Assembly (NCBI RefSeq): GCF_001598795.1
Contig: NZ_BCZP01000001.1
Coordinates: 510,001 to 542,000, forward strand
Length of the DNA: 32,000 nt
DNA from: Delftia acidovorans NBRC 14950
GTDB taxonomy: Bacteria > Pseudomonadota > Gammaproteobacteria > Burkholderiales > Burkholderiaceae_C
Reading direction: 5' to 3'
Shown: one piece after another, positions 7,812 through 17,103 of the stretch
Numbering within the stretch: position 1 is the stretch's first letter
Layout: the number at the start of each line of letters is the position of its first letter
Program-made: the position numbers and the translations under genes
Notes under the pieces: generated by a model
What the model saw: only the letters and a program-made list of their open reading frames with translations
The model's database searches: none
What the model was told of the DNA's origin: nothing

Positions 7812-8932
7812 GCAGCGCCGTCCACGATGCCGAGGAGGGCGGGCTCCTGATTCCCGTCGATGCTCCCGCAGTCCGCCAACGCTTTGCGCGGGCGCGCCAG
7901 GGTGGCCTGCGCGCCAAGGAGGCCGCCGATTCCCTGGGCCTGCCGGAAGGCGCCGCCATTGCCGCGCATGCGGGCCAGCACGAGGGCAGCCTCCAGGCCG
8001 TGCCGCTGCGCGCCGAATGGCTGGCCATCCTGAAGGGCTTGCAGGACTGCGGCCCCGTGATGGCGCTGACCCGCAACGAGTCCACGGTCCACGAAAAGAC
8101 CGGGGTCTACCAGAAGCTTTCGGCCAACGGCGGCGTGGGCCTTGCCCTGGGCCGCGACATCGACCTGCGAATGTTCTTTGCCCAATGGCATGCCGGCTAT
8201 GCCGTGACCGAGCAGCCTGCCCAGGCCGGCAGGCCGGCCATGCGCAGCCTGCAGTTCTTCAATGCGCAGGGCCGTGCCGTGCACAAGGTCCATGCGCGCG
8301 AGCCCACCGACCTGCAGGCATGGGAGGCGCTGGTGCAGCGTTTCGCCGAGCCCAGCGCTGGTTACCTGTTCCGCCATGCCCGCCCGCGTGCGCTGCCGCA
8401 GGCCGACGAGGCCATCGACGTGCCCGGCCTGAGCACTGCCTGGGCCGCCATGCAGGACACGCATGAATTCTTCGATCTGCTGCGCCGGTTTGGCGCCGAG
8501 CGCCAGCAGGCCTTCCGCCTGGTGCCCGGTCACTGCGCGCGGCTGGCGCCCGAGTCCGTGGCCCAGTTGCTGGGCGATGCGGCCGTGGACGGCCTGCCCA
8601 TCATGGTCTTCGTGGACAGCGGCGGCTGCATACAGATCCACACCGGCCCCGTGCACAACATCCAGCCCATGGACACGCCCGGCGGCGCACAGTGGATCAA
8701 TGTCATGGACCCGGATTTCAACCTGCATCTGCGCTGCGACCTGATCGCCAGCGTCTGGGCCGTGCAAAAGCCCACGGCCGATGGCGTGGTCACCTCGGTC
8801 GAGGCCTTCGATGCCCAGGGCGACCTGATGGCCATGTTCTTTGGCGAGCGCAAGCCGGGCCGGGCCGAGCTGCCGGGTTGGCGCGAACTGGTGGCGGGCC
8901 TGCCGCGCCTGGCAGCGCAGGCGCTGGCCTGA
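7808..8932 (+). CDS. hemS: Hemin-binding/degrading cytoplasmic protein, HemS/ChuS/HmuS/PhuS family
   Basis: 374 aa with the two-repeat architecture. Family-typical stretches: MALTRNESTVHEKTGVYQKL, DLRMFFAQWHAGYAV, RSLQFFNAQGRAVHKV, NVMDPDFNLHLR, KPTADGVVTSVEAFDAQGDLM. Confidence 0.9.
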   Translation: MSSAVHDAEEGGLLIPVDAPAVRQRFARARQGGLRAKEAADSLGLPEGAAIAAHAGQHEGSLQAVPLRAEWLAILKGLQDCGPVMALTRNESTVHEKTGVYQKLSANGGVGLALGRDIDLRMFFAQWHAGYAVTEQPAQAGRPAMRSLQFFNAQGRAVHKVHAREPTDLQAWEALVQRFAEPSAGYLFRHARPRALPQADEAIDVPGLSTAWAAMQDTHEFFDLLRRFGAERQQAFRLVPGHCARLAPESVAQLLGDAAVDGLPIMVFVDSGGCIQIHTGPVHNIQPMDTPGGAQWINVMDPDFNLHLRCDLIASVWAVQKPTADGVVTSVEAFDAQGDLMAMFFGERKPGRAELPGWRELVAGLPRLAAQALA

Positions 8933-8949
8933 GAGCACCCAGGCCCTGA

Positions 8950-8984
8950 AAAGAAAGATCCGGCCCTGCGTCTGCGTCGGGCCG
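8950..8984 (-). terminator. Probable terminator of the DUF2798 gene (also lies downstream of hemS)
   Basis: Stem CGGCCC (8961-8966) / GGGCCG (8979-8984). On the minus strand it is followed by a T-rich tract (ATCTTTCTTTTC). Confidence 0.45.
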
Positions 8985-8986
8985 CG

Positions 8987-9268
8987 TCAGAGATGCACGG
9001 TGGCGGCCACCAGCTTGCCCACCAGCGGACGCACCACCATCACGCAGACAAAGGCCACGGGCATGGCCAGCACATAGGTCTGCATCACGCGCTGCAGGTA
9101 GTCGGCGCCCAGGCCGCTGTTGGCGCCGACGATGGCGCAGCACATCAGAAACGCCATGATGGCCGACATGTAGAAGGCAAAGACGATGGGCGCGAAGCGG
9201 CGGTGCAGCTTGCGGCTGCTCGGCGCCGCAGGGATTGCGGGAGCGATGGAGGCAGAGGTATCGGGCAT
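8987..9268 (-). CDS. Small membrane protein, DUF2798 family
   Basis: The last 93 codons of tracked ORF 8987..9973, from the ATG at 9268: MPDTSASIAP...RRFAPIVFAFYMSAIMAFLMCCAIVGANSGLGADYLQRVMQTYVLAMPVAFVCVMVVRPLVGKLV. Two hydrophobic helices typical of DUF2798. Confidence 0.8.
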   Translation of the reverse strand: MPDTSASIAPAIPAAPSSRKLHRRFAPIVFAFYMSAIMAFLMCCAIVGANSGLGADYLQRVMQTYVLAMPVAFVCVMVVRPLVGKLVAATVHL

Positions 9269-9383
9269 GAAGGCGTATCCTGTCAGGCCGCTTGTCGATT
9301 CGGCGCGGCAAGTGCAGGACTGTAGGCAAGGCCCGTGCTGCCGTGTAGAGGGCTGCAGCTTGGTGCACTCGTAAGCTATATTG

Positions 9384-9400
9384 ATGAATCCATTTTTCAT
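9384..9400. promoter_or_regulatory. Dyad ATGAA-N7-TTCAT in the lysR / DUF2798 divergent spacer (candidate LysR-type operator)
   Basis: Inverted repeat read directly, 13 bp upstream of the LysR GTG start, inside the only AT-rich stretch of the spacer. Confidence 0.35.
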
Positions 9401-9412
9401 CCATAGTTTTTT

Positions 9413-10357
9413 GTGCCTAATCTGCGCTCCATCGAGACCTTCGTCAAAGCCCTGGAAGGCGGCTCCATTGCCTCGGCGGCGCGCCAGCTGGGCATTTCTC
9501 CGGCGGCGGCCAGCCAGAACATCGCCCGGCTGGAGCGTGAGTTGGGCACGCGGCTGATCACGCGCACCACGCGATCCATGGCGTTGACCGAGGCGGGCGA
9601 GCGCTATCTGGCGCGCGTGGGCCCCGTGCTGCAGGAGCTGGAAAAAGCGCAGTCCGACCTGTCCCAGCTGCACGGCGAGTTGCAGGGCCGGCTGCGCATC
9701 GCCTGCATGGCAGCCTTTGGCCGCCATGTGCTGGCGCCGCTGCTGCCGGCCTTTGCCGCGCAGCATCCCCGGCTGGAGCTGGAGTTGCTGGTGGTGGACC
9801 GGCAGGTGGATGTGCTCAAGGAAGATGTGGACATCAGCGTGCGTTACCGCGATGTGCTGGAGCCCGGCATGGCCGTGCGCCAGCTGGCGGCCGTGCCGCG
9901 CGTGCTGTGTGCATCGCCGGCCTATCTGCAGGCCCATGGCAGGCCACGGACGGCCCAGGATCTGCTGGACCATGCCTGCCTGCTGTACCGGCGCGAGGCC
10001 GATGGCCGCTTCATGCGCTGGCCGTTTTCACGCGACGGCAAGCGCGTGGACCCGCAGCTGCGCGTGACCGCCATCGCCAGCGACGTGGATGCCCTGACCG
10101 AGATGGCCGTGGCCGGGGGCGGCATTGTCTGGATCGGCAGCTTCATTGCCCACCGCTACATGCGCGAAGGACTGCTGCAGCCGCTGGCCCTGGGCCCGGC
10201 GCGCAAGGGGCAGCTGCATTTCGAGGACACCACGCTGGATTTCTTCGCCTGCTTTCGTGACCGCCAGTACGTGCCGACCAAGGTGCGTGCCCTGGTGGAC
10301 TACCTGGTCGAGACGCTGCCGCAGCAGTCCATGCTGCGCTGGAACGTCCCGGCCTGA
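9413..10357 (+). CDS. LysR-family transcriptional regulator
   Basis: 314 aa with N-terminal HTH LRSIETFVKALEGGSIASAARQLGISPAAASQNIARLERELGTRLITRTTRSMALTEAGERYL. GTG start. Divergent from a small membrane protein gene. Confidence 0.92.
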   Translation: MPNLRSIETFVKALEGGSIASAARQLGISPAAASQNIARLERELGTRLITRTTRSMALTEAGERYLARVGPVLQELEKAQSDLSQLHGELQGRLRIACMAAFGRHVLAPLLPAFAAQHPRLELELLVVDRQVDVLKEDVDISVRYRDVLEPGMAVRQLAAVPRVLCASPAYLQAHGRPRTAQDLLDHACLLYRREADGRFMRWPFSRDGKRVDPQLRVTAIASDVDALTEMAVAGGGIVWIGSFIAHRYMREGLLQPLALGPARKGQLHFEDTTLDFFACFRDRQYVPTKVRALVDYLVETLPQQSMLRWNVPA

Positions 10358-10372
10358 GCAGCGCAGGGGAGG

Positions 10373-11194
10373 CTAGTGCCCCAGGTGCTGGGGCAGCACC
10401 TCCTGCAGGATGGTGGTGGCGATTTCCTCGATGGACTTGGTCGTGCTCGACAGCCACGGTATGCCGCTGCGGCGCATCATGGATTCGGCCTCGGCCACCT
10501 CGTAGCGGCAATTGACGAGGCTGGCGTATTTGGAGTCGGGCCGGCGTTCGTTGCGGATGCTGGACAGGCGCTGCGGATCGATGGTCAGGCCGAACAGCTT
10601 CTTGCGCGAGGGCACCAGGGCGGGCGGCAGCTGCTTGCGCTCGAAATCCTCGGGGATCAGCGGGTAGTTGGCCACCTTGAGGCCGAACTGCATGGCCAGG
10701 TACAGGCTAGTGGGGGTCTTGCCGCTGCGCGAGACGCCGACCAGGATCACGTCGGCGCCCGTCAGGTCCTGGTGGGTCTGGCCGTCGTCATGGGCCAGCG
10801 TGTAGTTGATGGCCTCCATGCGCTCCAGGTATTCCTTGCTCTCGCTGATGTCGGCGAAGCGGCCCACGCGGTGCAGCGATTTCTGGCCCAGCTCCAGCTC
10901 CAGCGGCCGCACGAAGGTGCCGAACATGTCGAACACCTTGCCCTTGCACTGGCTCTCGATCAGGTCGAGCATGTCCTGGTTGACCAGGGTGGTGAAGACG
11001 ATGGGCTTGTGGCTTTCCGACTCGGCCACATGGTTGATCTGGCGCACTGCCTGGTGCACCTTGTCCATGGTGTCCACGAAGGGGATGCGGACCAGGCGCG
11101 ACTTGGTGTCGAACTGGGCCATGATGGCTGTGCCGAAGGTCTCGGCTGTAATGCCAGTGCCATCGGAGATGACGAAGATGGTGTGGGTGTGCAT
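10373..11194 (-). CDS. ppsR: PEP synthase regulatory protein (bifunctional kinase / pyrophosphorylase, DUF299)
   Basis: [22 protein letters not shown]-terminus, P-loop [18 protein letters not shown], about 273 aa, divergent from ppsA. The tracked ORF extends 13 codons further upstream (to 11233). Confidence 0.93.
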   Translation of the reverse strand: MHTHTIFVISDGTGITAETFGTAIMAQFDTKSRLVRIPFVDTMDKVHQAVRQINHVAESESHKPIVFTTLVNQDMLDLIESQCKGKVFDMFGTFVRPLELELGQKSLHRVGRFADISESKEYLERMEAINYTLAHDDGQTHQDLTGADVILVGVSRSGKTPTSLYLAMQFGLKVANYPLIPEDFERKQLPPALVPSRKKLFGLTIDPQRLSSIRNERRPDSKYASLVNCRYEVAEAESMMRRSGIPWLSSTTKSIEEIATTILQEVLPQHLGH

Positions 11195-11402
11195 GGTGGT
11201 CGGGCTCTGGACAGGGGGCTGCCGTCGGTTCACGGCAAACGCCTACAATGACGCCCATTATTCCCAATTTCCCATCCATGCTCGCTGCCGGCCTCCAACC
11301 AGAACAGCAAAGCCTCGCGCACGCCTGCGTGGATGGATCGACCGTGCCCGGCTTTGGCAGCCGGGGCGGCGCACGACGGTTTTCAACTTCTGGAGCTTTC
11401 CC

Positions 11403-13793
11403 ATGTCTCAACTGTTCGAGGCCACCGCCCTCGTCGTTCCGTTTGAACAACTGAGGATGACCGATGTCGAGTCCGTAGGCGGCAAGAACGCCTCGCTCGG
11501 CGAAATGATCTCGCAGCTGCCGCAAGGCGTGCGCGTTCCCACGGGCTTTGCCACCACGGCCCATGCCTTCCGCCAGTTCCTGGCCCACGACGGCCTCGCC
11601 GACAAGATCAGCGCCAAGCTGGCCGCCCTGGACGTGGAAGATGTCCGCGCCCTGGCCCAGGTCGGTGCCGAAATCCGTGCCCTGGTCGAGAACCAGCCCT
11701 TCCCGGCCGATCTGGAGCAGGCCATCCGCGAGGAATTCGTGCGCCTGCAGGGCGGCAACGAGGCGGCCTCGTTCGCCGTGCGCTCCTCGGCCACGGCCGA
11801 AGACCTGCCCGACGCCTCGTTCGCCGGCCAGCAGGAAACCTTCCTGAACGTGGTGGGCATCGAGTCGGTGCTGCACAAGATGAAGGAAGTCTTCGCCTCG
11901 CTGTACAACGACCGCGCCATCTCCTACCGCGTGCACAAGGGCTTTGCCCACGACGTGGTGGCCCTGTCGGCCGGCGTGCAGCGCATGGTGCGTTCCGACC
12001 TGGGCGCGGCCGGCGTGATGTTCACCATCGACACCGAATCGGGCTTCGAGGACGTGGTCTTCATCACCTCCAGCTATGGCCTGGGCGAGACCGTGGTGCA
12101 GGGCGCCGTCAATCCTGACGAGTTCTATGTGCACAAGCCCATGCTCAAGGCCGGCAAGAAGGCCCTGATCCGCCGCAACCTGGGCTCCAAGCTGATCCAG
12201 ATGGTCTTTGCCTCGCCCGAGGAAAAGGCCGCCAGCGGCAAGCTGGTCAAGACCACCGACGTGGCCCATGAGCTGCGCAACCGCTACTCGCTGTCCGATG
12301 AGGACGTGCAGCAGCTGGCCCACTATGCCCTGGTCATCGAGCAGCACTATGGCCGCCCCATGGACATCGAGTGGGGCAAGGACGGCACGGACGGCCAGCT
12401 CTACATCCTGCAGGCCCGCCCCGAGACCGTGAAGAGCCAGGCCAAGGGCCAGGCCGAGCAGCGCTACGCCCTCAAGGGCACGGGCAATGTGCTGGCCGAA
12501 GGCCGCGCCATTGGCCAGAAGATCGGCACGGGCCCCGTGCGCCTGGTCAATGACATCGCCAACATGGACCAGGTCCAGCCCGGCGACGTGCTGGTGACCG
12601 ACATGACCGATCCCAACTGGGAGCCGGTGATGAAGCGTGCCTCGGCCATCGTCACCAACCGTGGCGGCCGTACCTGCCACGCTGCCATCATCGCGCGCGA
12701 ACTGGGCATTCCGGCCGTGGTCGGCTGCGGCAACGCTACCGACCTGCTCAAGGACGGCACCCTGGTCACCGTCAGCTGCGCCGAAGGCGATACCGGCAAG
12801 ATCTACGATGGCCTGATCGAGACCGAGATCACCGAAGTGCAGCGTGGCGAGATGCCCGCCATCAAGACCAAGATCATGATGAACGTGGGCAACCCCCAGC
12901 TGGCCTTCGACTTCGCCCAGCTGCCCAACGAGGGCGTGGGCCTGGCCCGCCTGGAGTTCATCATCAACAACAACATCGGCGTGCACCCCAAGGCCATCCT
13001 GGACTACCCCGCCGTCGATGCCGACCTCAAGAAGGCCGTCGAGTCCGTGGCCCGCGGCCATGCCTCGCCGCGTGCCTTCTATGTGGACAAGGTTGCCGAA
13101 GGCGTGGCCACGATTGCCGCCGCCTTCTGGCCCAAGCCCGTCATCGTGCGCATGTCGGACTTCAAGTCCAACGAGTACCGCAAGCTCATCGGCGGCAGCC
13201 GCTACGAGCCCGAGGAAGAGAACCCCATGCTGGGCTTCCGTGGCGCCGCGCGCTACATCTCCGAGGACTTCGGCGAGGCCTTCCGCATGGAGTGCGAGGC
13301 ACTGCGCCGCGTGCGCGAGGACATGGGCCTGACCAACGTGCAGATCATGATTCCCTTCGTGCGCACGCTCAAGCAGGCCGAGCGCGTCACCCAGCTGCTG
13401 GCGGCCAACGGCCTCAAGCGCGGCGACAACGAGCTCAAGCTCATCATGATGTGCGAGGTGCCCTCCAACGCCATCCTGGCCGATGAGTTCCTCGAGTTCT
13501 TCGACGGCTTCTCCATCGGCTCCAACGACCTGACCCAGCTGACGCTGGGCCTGGACCGCGACTCCGGCCTGGAGCTGCTGGCTGCCGACTTCGACGAGCG
13601 CGACCCGGCCGTGCGCAAGATGCTGTCGCGCGCCATCAAGGCCTGCCTGGACCAGGGCAAGTACGTGGGCATCTGCGGCCAGGGCCCTTCGGACCACCCG
13701 GACTTCGCCCAATGGCTGGCTGACGAAGGCATTGCCTCCATCTCGCTGAATCCCGACAGCGTGGTCGCCACCTGGCAGCGCCTGGCGCAGTAA
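11403..13793 (+). CDS. ppsA: Phosphoenolpyruvate synthase (pyruvate, water dikinase)
   Basis: 796 aa from the ATG at 11403 ([35 protein letters not shown]). Phospho-His region [24 protein letters not shown], and a C-terminal PEP-utilising TIM barrel ([15 protein letters not shown]). Confidence 0.97.
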   Translation: MSQLFEATALVVPFEQLRMTDVESVGGKNASLGEMISQLPQGVRVPTGFATTAHAFRQFLAHDGLADKISAKLAALDVEDVRALAQVGAEIRALVENQPFPADLEQAIREEFVRLQGGNEAASFAVRSSATAEDLPDASFAGQQETFLNVVGIESVLHKMKEVFASLYNDRAISYRVHKGFAHDVVALSAGVQRMVRSDLGAAGVMFTIDTESGFEDVVFITSSYGLGETVVQGAVNPDEFYVHKPMLKAGKKALIRRNLGSKLIQMVFASPEEKAASGKLVKTTDVAHELRNRYSLSDEDVQQLAHYALVIEQHYGRPMDIEWGKDGTDGQLYILQARPETVKSQAKGQAEQRYALKGTGNVLAEGRAIGQKIGTGPVRLVNDIANMDQVQPGDVLVTDMTDPNWEPVMKRASAIVTNRGGRTCHAAIIARELGIPAVVGCGNATDLLKDGTLVTVSCAEGDTGKIYDGLIETEITEVQRGEMPAIKTKIMMNVGNPQLAFDFAQLPNEGVGLARLEFIINNNIGVHPKAILDYPAVDADLKKAVESVARGHASPRAFYVDKVAEGVATIAAAFWPKPVIVRMSDFKSNEYRKLIGGSRYEPEEENPMLGFRGAARYISEDFGEAFRMECEALRRVREDMGLTNVQIMIPFVRTLKQAERVTQLLAANGLKRGDNELKLIMMCEVPSNAILADEFLEFFDGFSIGSNDLTQLTLGLDRDSGLELLAADFDERDPAVRKMLSRAIKACLDQGKYVGICGQGPSDHPDFAQWLADEGIASISLNPDSVVATWQRLAQ

Positions 13794-13810
13794 GGGCTGG
13801 CAGCGTCGCC

Positions 13811-14098
13811 ATGCATACGCCGAAAGCGCACTTGCATGACGACGCGGTCGGGGGACCGTCCGAAGGCGAGACCTTCGCCCCCGACCTGCACGACATCCGC
13901 CATCTGTGGCTCAAGGCCGTGCTGTTCGCGGTCTGGGTGGCCGTCTCCTTTGGCGCCTGCTACTACGCGCGTGACCTGCAGGCGCTGATGCCCGACTGGC
14001 CGCTGGCCTACTGGTTCGCGGCCCAGGGGGCAGTCCTGATGTTCCTGGCCATCGTCATCGTCTATTGTTTGTCCATGGACCATTTCGAGCGCCGCTAG
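13811..14098 (+). CDS. DUF4212 small membrane protein (putative small subunit of a sodium:solute symporter)
   Basis: 95 aa with two TM helices. WLKAVLFAVWVAVSFGACYYARDL and PLAYWFAAQGAVLMFLAIVIVYCLSMD match the DUF4212 pattern. Sits immediately upstream of an SSS permease. Confidence 0.85.
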   Translation: MHTPKAHLHDDAVGGPSEGETFAPDLHDIRHLWLKAVLFAVWVAVSFGACYYARDLQALMPDWPLAYWFAAQGAVLMFLAIVIVYCLSMDHFERR

Positions 14099-14183
14099 GC
14101 CCGGGCCGCTTTTGCGATGGCACCGGCTCCCGCATCCCCATCGGCCGATACGCAACCGTCCGCACCGCCATCGCCTCCCGGCC

Positions 14184-16274
14184 ATGGCTGAGCGCGCCCC
14201 GCTGACGGCGGCCTCCCACTGGCGGCTGCACCGCATCGTGGCCCTGTACACGCTCGGCGTGCTCGGCTTTCTGGCCCTCATGTTCTGGGCCGAGCAGCAG
14301 GGCCTGTCCCGCCACTGGATAGGCCCCATCTTCCTGTTCTTCACCGTCATGGTCTATGCGGCCATCGGCGTGTACCTGCGCACCAGCGACCCCGAGGAGT
14401 ACTACGTCGCGGGCCGGCGCATTCCGCCCTTCTACAACGGCATGGCGGCTGCGGCGGACTGGGTCAGCGCGGCCTCGTTCATCAGCCTGTCGGGGGCGCT
14501 GTACCTGCAGGGCTTTGCCGGCGTGCCGGGCCAGGCCGGCGGACTGGCCTACCTGCTGGGCTGGACGGGCGGCTTTTGCCTGGTTGCCATGCTGATCGCG
14601 CCGCACCTGCGGGCGATGAAGCTCTACACCATTCCCGATTTCTTCCAGCAGCGCTACGGCGGGCGCTGGCCGCGCGTGATCGCGGCGCTGGCGGCCGTGA
14701 TCTGCTCGTTCACCTATGTGGTGGCGCAGATCTACGGCGTGGGGCTGATCGCCTCGCGGCTGACGGGCGTGCAGTTCGAGATCGGCATCATGCTGGGCCT
14801 GGGCGGCGTGCTGCTGTGCTCCTTCCTGGGCGGCATGCGCGCCATCACCTGGACCCAGGTCGCGCAGTACGTGGTGATCCTGCTGGCCTTTCTGATCCCC
14901 GTGTCCTGGCTGGCCTACCGGCAGATGGGCAATCCCGTGGCGCCGCTGGCCTATACGGCCCAGCTCAGCCAGATTGCGGAGATGGAGCAGCGCCTGCTGG
15001 ACTCGCCGGCCGAGCAGGAGGTGATCGCCGCCTACCGCCTGCGCGCCGAGGTGCTGGAGGACAAGCTCAAGGACGTGCCGCGCGTGCTGGCCGCCGAGCG
15101 CCAGGCGCTGGCCGAGCGCATACGCGATCTGCGCACGCGCAGTGGCGATATCGGCGCCATCATGGCCGCCAGCCGCGAACTGGCCGCCATGCCGCGTGAC
15201 GAAGCCGCCGCGCGCGCGCTGTGGACACGCCAGCTGCAGGAAATGCGCGAGCGCGAGAAGCCGCTGGGCGGCATTCCACTGCACAGCCTGCCATTCGCCG
15301 GCAACCCCGATGGATCGCCCCAGGAGCAGCAGATCTACGAGGACAGCCGGCGCAACTTCCTGGCGCTGATGTTCTGCCTCATGGCCGGCACGGCCGGCCT
15401 GCCGCACCTGCTCACGCGCTACTACACGGCGCCCTCGGTGTCGGGGGCGCGGGCCTCGGTGGGCTGGACGCTGTTCTTCATCGGCGTGCTGTACATGAGC
15501 GCGCCGGCCCTGGCCGTGCTGGTCAAGTTCGAGGTCATGAACAACCTCGTGGGCATCCGCTTTGACGAGCTGCCCAACTGGATGGCGCAGTGGGCCCGGG
15601 TGGATGCCTCCTTGCTGGCCGTGGAGGATGTCAACGGCGACGGCGTCCTGCAGTTCGGCGAGATCCGCATGGGCGCCGACCTCATCATGCTGGCCACGCC
15701 CGAGCTGGGCGGCATGCCCTACGTGGTCTCCGGCCTGGTGGCGGCCGGCGGCCTGGCTGCGGCGCTGTCCACGGCCGATGGACTGCTGCTGACCATCAGC
15801 AACGCGCTGGTGCGCGACCTGTACTTTCGCGAGCGCCGCCGCCGCGCCTCGCCCGAGCAGCGCGTGATCCTGTCCAAGTTCGCGCTGCTGGTGATGGCGC
15901 TGTCGGCCGCCTTCGTGGCCTCGCGCCGTTCCTCGGACATCCTGCCCATGGTCACGGCATCGTTCTCGCTGGCGGCCTCGGCCTTCGTGCCGGCCATGGT
16001 GCTGGGCATCTTCTGGCGTGGCACCACGCGCCGGGGCGCCGTGGCCGGCATGCTGGCCGGGCTGGGCGTCACGCTGTACTACATGGTCTCGCATGTGCCG
16101 GCACTGCAGCCCGTGCTGCCCGAAGCGCTGCACGCGCGCCTGTGGTGGGGCATACAGCCGATTTCATCGGGCGTCTTCGGCGTGCCGGCCGGCCTGCTGG
16201 TGACCTGGCTGGTCAGCTGCCTGGACCCGCGCCGCCGGGCCCCGGCGCGTTCCGTGCCCGCAAAAGCGTCCTGA
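14184..16274 (+). CDS. Sodium:solute symporter family permease (the DUF4212-associated subfamily), with a large hydrophilic insertion
   Basis: Multi-TM protein with SSS signatures (YYVAGRRIPPFYNGMAAAADWVSAASFISLSGALY; MAGTAGLPHLLTRYYT). ATG at 14184 chosen; the tracked ORF begins with TTG at 14112. Confidence 0.88.
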   Translation: MAERAPLTAASHWRLHRIVALYTLGVLGFLALMFWAEQQGLSRHWIGPIFLFFTVMVYAAIGVYLRTSDPEEYYVAGRRIPPFYNGMAAAADWVSAASFISLSGALYLQGFAGVPGQAGGLAYLLGWTGGFCLVAMLIAPHLRAMKLYTIPDFFQQRYGGRWPRVIAALAAVICSFTYVVAQIYGVGLIASRLTGVQFEIGIMLGLGGVLLCSFLGGMRAITWTQVAQYVVILLAFLIPVSWLAYRQMGNPVAPLAYTAQLSQIAEMEQRLLDSPAEQEVIAAYRLRAEVLEDKLKDVPRVLAAERQALAERIRDLRTRSGDIGAIMAASRELAAMPRDEAAARALWTRQLQEMREREKPLGGIPLHSLPFAGNPDGSPQEQQIYEDSRRNFLALMFCLMAGTAGLPHLLTRYYTAPSVSGARASVGWTLFFIGVLYMSAPALAVLVKFEVMNNLVGIRFDELPNWMAQWARVDASLLAVEDVNGDGVLQFGEIRMGADLIMLATPELGGMPYVVSGLVAAGGLAAALSTADGLLLTISNALVRDLYFRERRRRASPEQRVILSKFALLVMALSAAFVASRRSSDILPMVTASFSLAASAFVPAMVLGIFWRGTTRRGAVAGMLAGLGVTLYYMVSHVPALQPVLPEALHARLWWGIQPISSGVFGVPAGLLVTWLVSCLDPRRRAPARSVPAKAS

Positions 16275-16461
16275 CGGACAGAGGCCGCCGGGCGGGAGGA
16301 TGGCCATTTTCTGCCCCGTTTTTGCGCTTTTGGCAGATCTGGATCATTGCCGGCCCCACTGAAGCCCGTGCGTGCTGGAAAACCCGCTTTTGGGAGCAGG
16401 AGGCTCATGACACGCTGCGAGCCGTGTCCGATCCGATCCCTTGCAGAGAATCCCGTCCGCC

Positions 16462-16986
16462 ATGCATTTTGTGAAAACGTCCGCCGGCCAACAGGCATTC
16501 AAGGAACGCCATGCCGATCTCTCGCCCCGGTTGCGCTCGGCCTTTTTGCTGTTTGACGGGCAACGCAGCCTGGCGCAGGTGCTGCAGGCCGTTGCCGGAA
16601 TGGGCGTGACGCAGGACGAGATCCTGGCGCTGGTGGAGCGCGAATGGCTGGCACCGCGCGACGCGGCCGAGCCCCGGCTGGGCGTGGTGGCCGTCGCGGT
16701 GCCTTCGGTCCCTGCCGCGCCTGCTGCAGCGGTTTCGTCCACGGATTCGGCTGGCGATGCCCCCGCGCAGTCCGAGCCATCGCTGGCCGTGCGCTATCGC
16801 AACGCCTATCCGCTGGCCGTGGCCATCACGGCCAACCTGGGCCTGAAGGGGTTCCGGCTCAACCTTGCCGTGGAAGCGGCCATGGGCTACGACCAGCTGG
16901 TGGCGCTGGCGCCGCGCCTGCGCGAGGCGGCCAGTCCTGCCAGCTACCTGCCGCTGCACGAGGCGCTGTTCGGCAAGGCACCGTGA
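16462..16986 (+). CDS. Hypothetical two-domain protein (no family recognised)
   Basis: ATG at 16462. MHFVKTSAGQQAFKERHADLSPRLRSAFLLFDGQRSLAQVLQAV..., then an Ala/Pro-rich linker, then AVRYRNAYPLAVAITANLGLKGFRLNLAVEAA. The composition looks coding in this frame, but no SD is seen. Confidence 0.55.
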   Translation: MHFVKTSAGQQAFKERHADLSPRLRSAFLLFDGQRSLAQVLQAVAGMGVTQDEILALVEREWLAPRDAAEPRLGVVAVAVPSVPAAPAAAVSSTDSAGDAPAQSEPSLAVRYRNAYPLAVAITANLGLKGFRLNLAVEAAMGYDQLVALAPRLREAASPASYLPLHEALFGKAP

Positions 16987-17048
16987 ATGAGGAATGGCCC
17001 GCACGCTCGCCAAGGGAGCGCTTTTCATCTTGGGGTGGCCCGGCAATG

Positions 17049-17080
17049 AAAAAGGGCAAGGCGCCTTCGCACCTTGCCCT
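17049..17080 (-). terminator. Rho-independent terminator of the FKBP gene
   Basis: Stem AGGGCAAGG (17053-17061) / CCTTGCCCT (17072-17080). On the minus strand it is followed by TTTTT (the A-run 17049-17053 on +). Confidence 0.75.
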
Positions 17081-17103
17081 TGCATGAACCTGTGGGTGCA
17101 GGC

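Noticed and set aside
9269-9973. Upstream extension of the DUF2798 ORF (tracked as 328 aa, 8987..9973)
   Set aside because: The extension runs antisense through the LysR gene and its promoter and has shadow-ORF composition. The DUF2798 homology starts at the ATG at 9268.
10788-13712. 974-aa minus-strand ORF antisense to ppsA
   Set aside because: Same shadow-ORF composition. The opposite strand encodes a full-length PEP synthase with all catalytic motifs.
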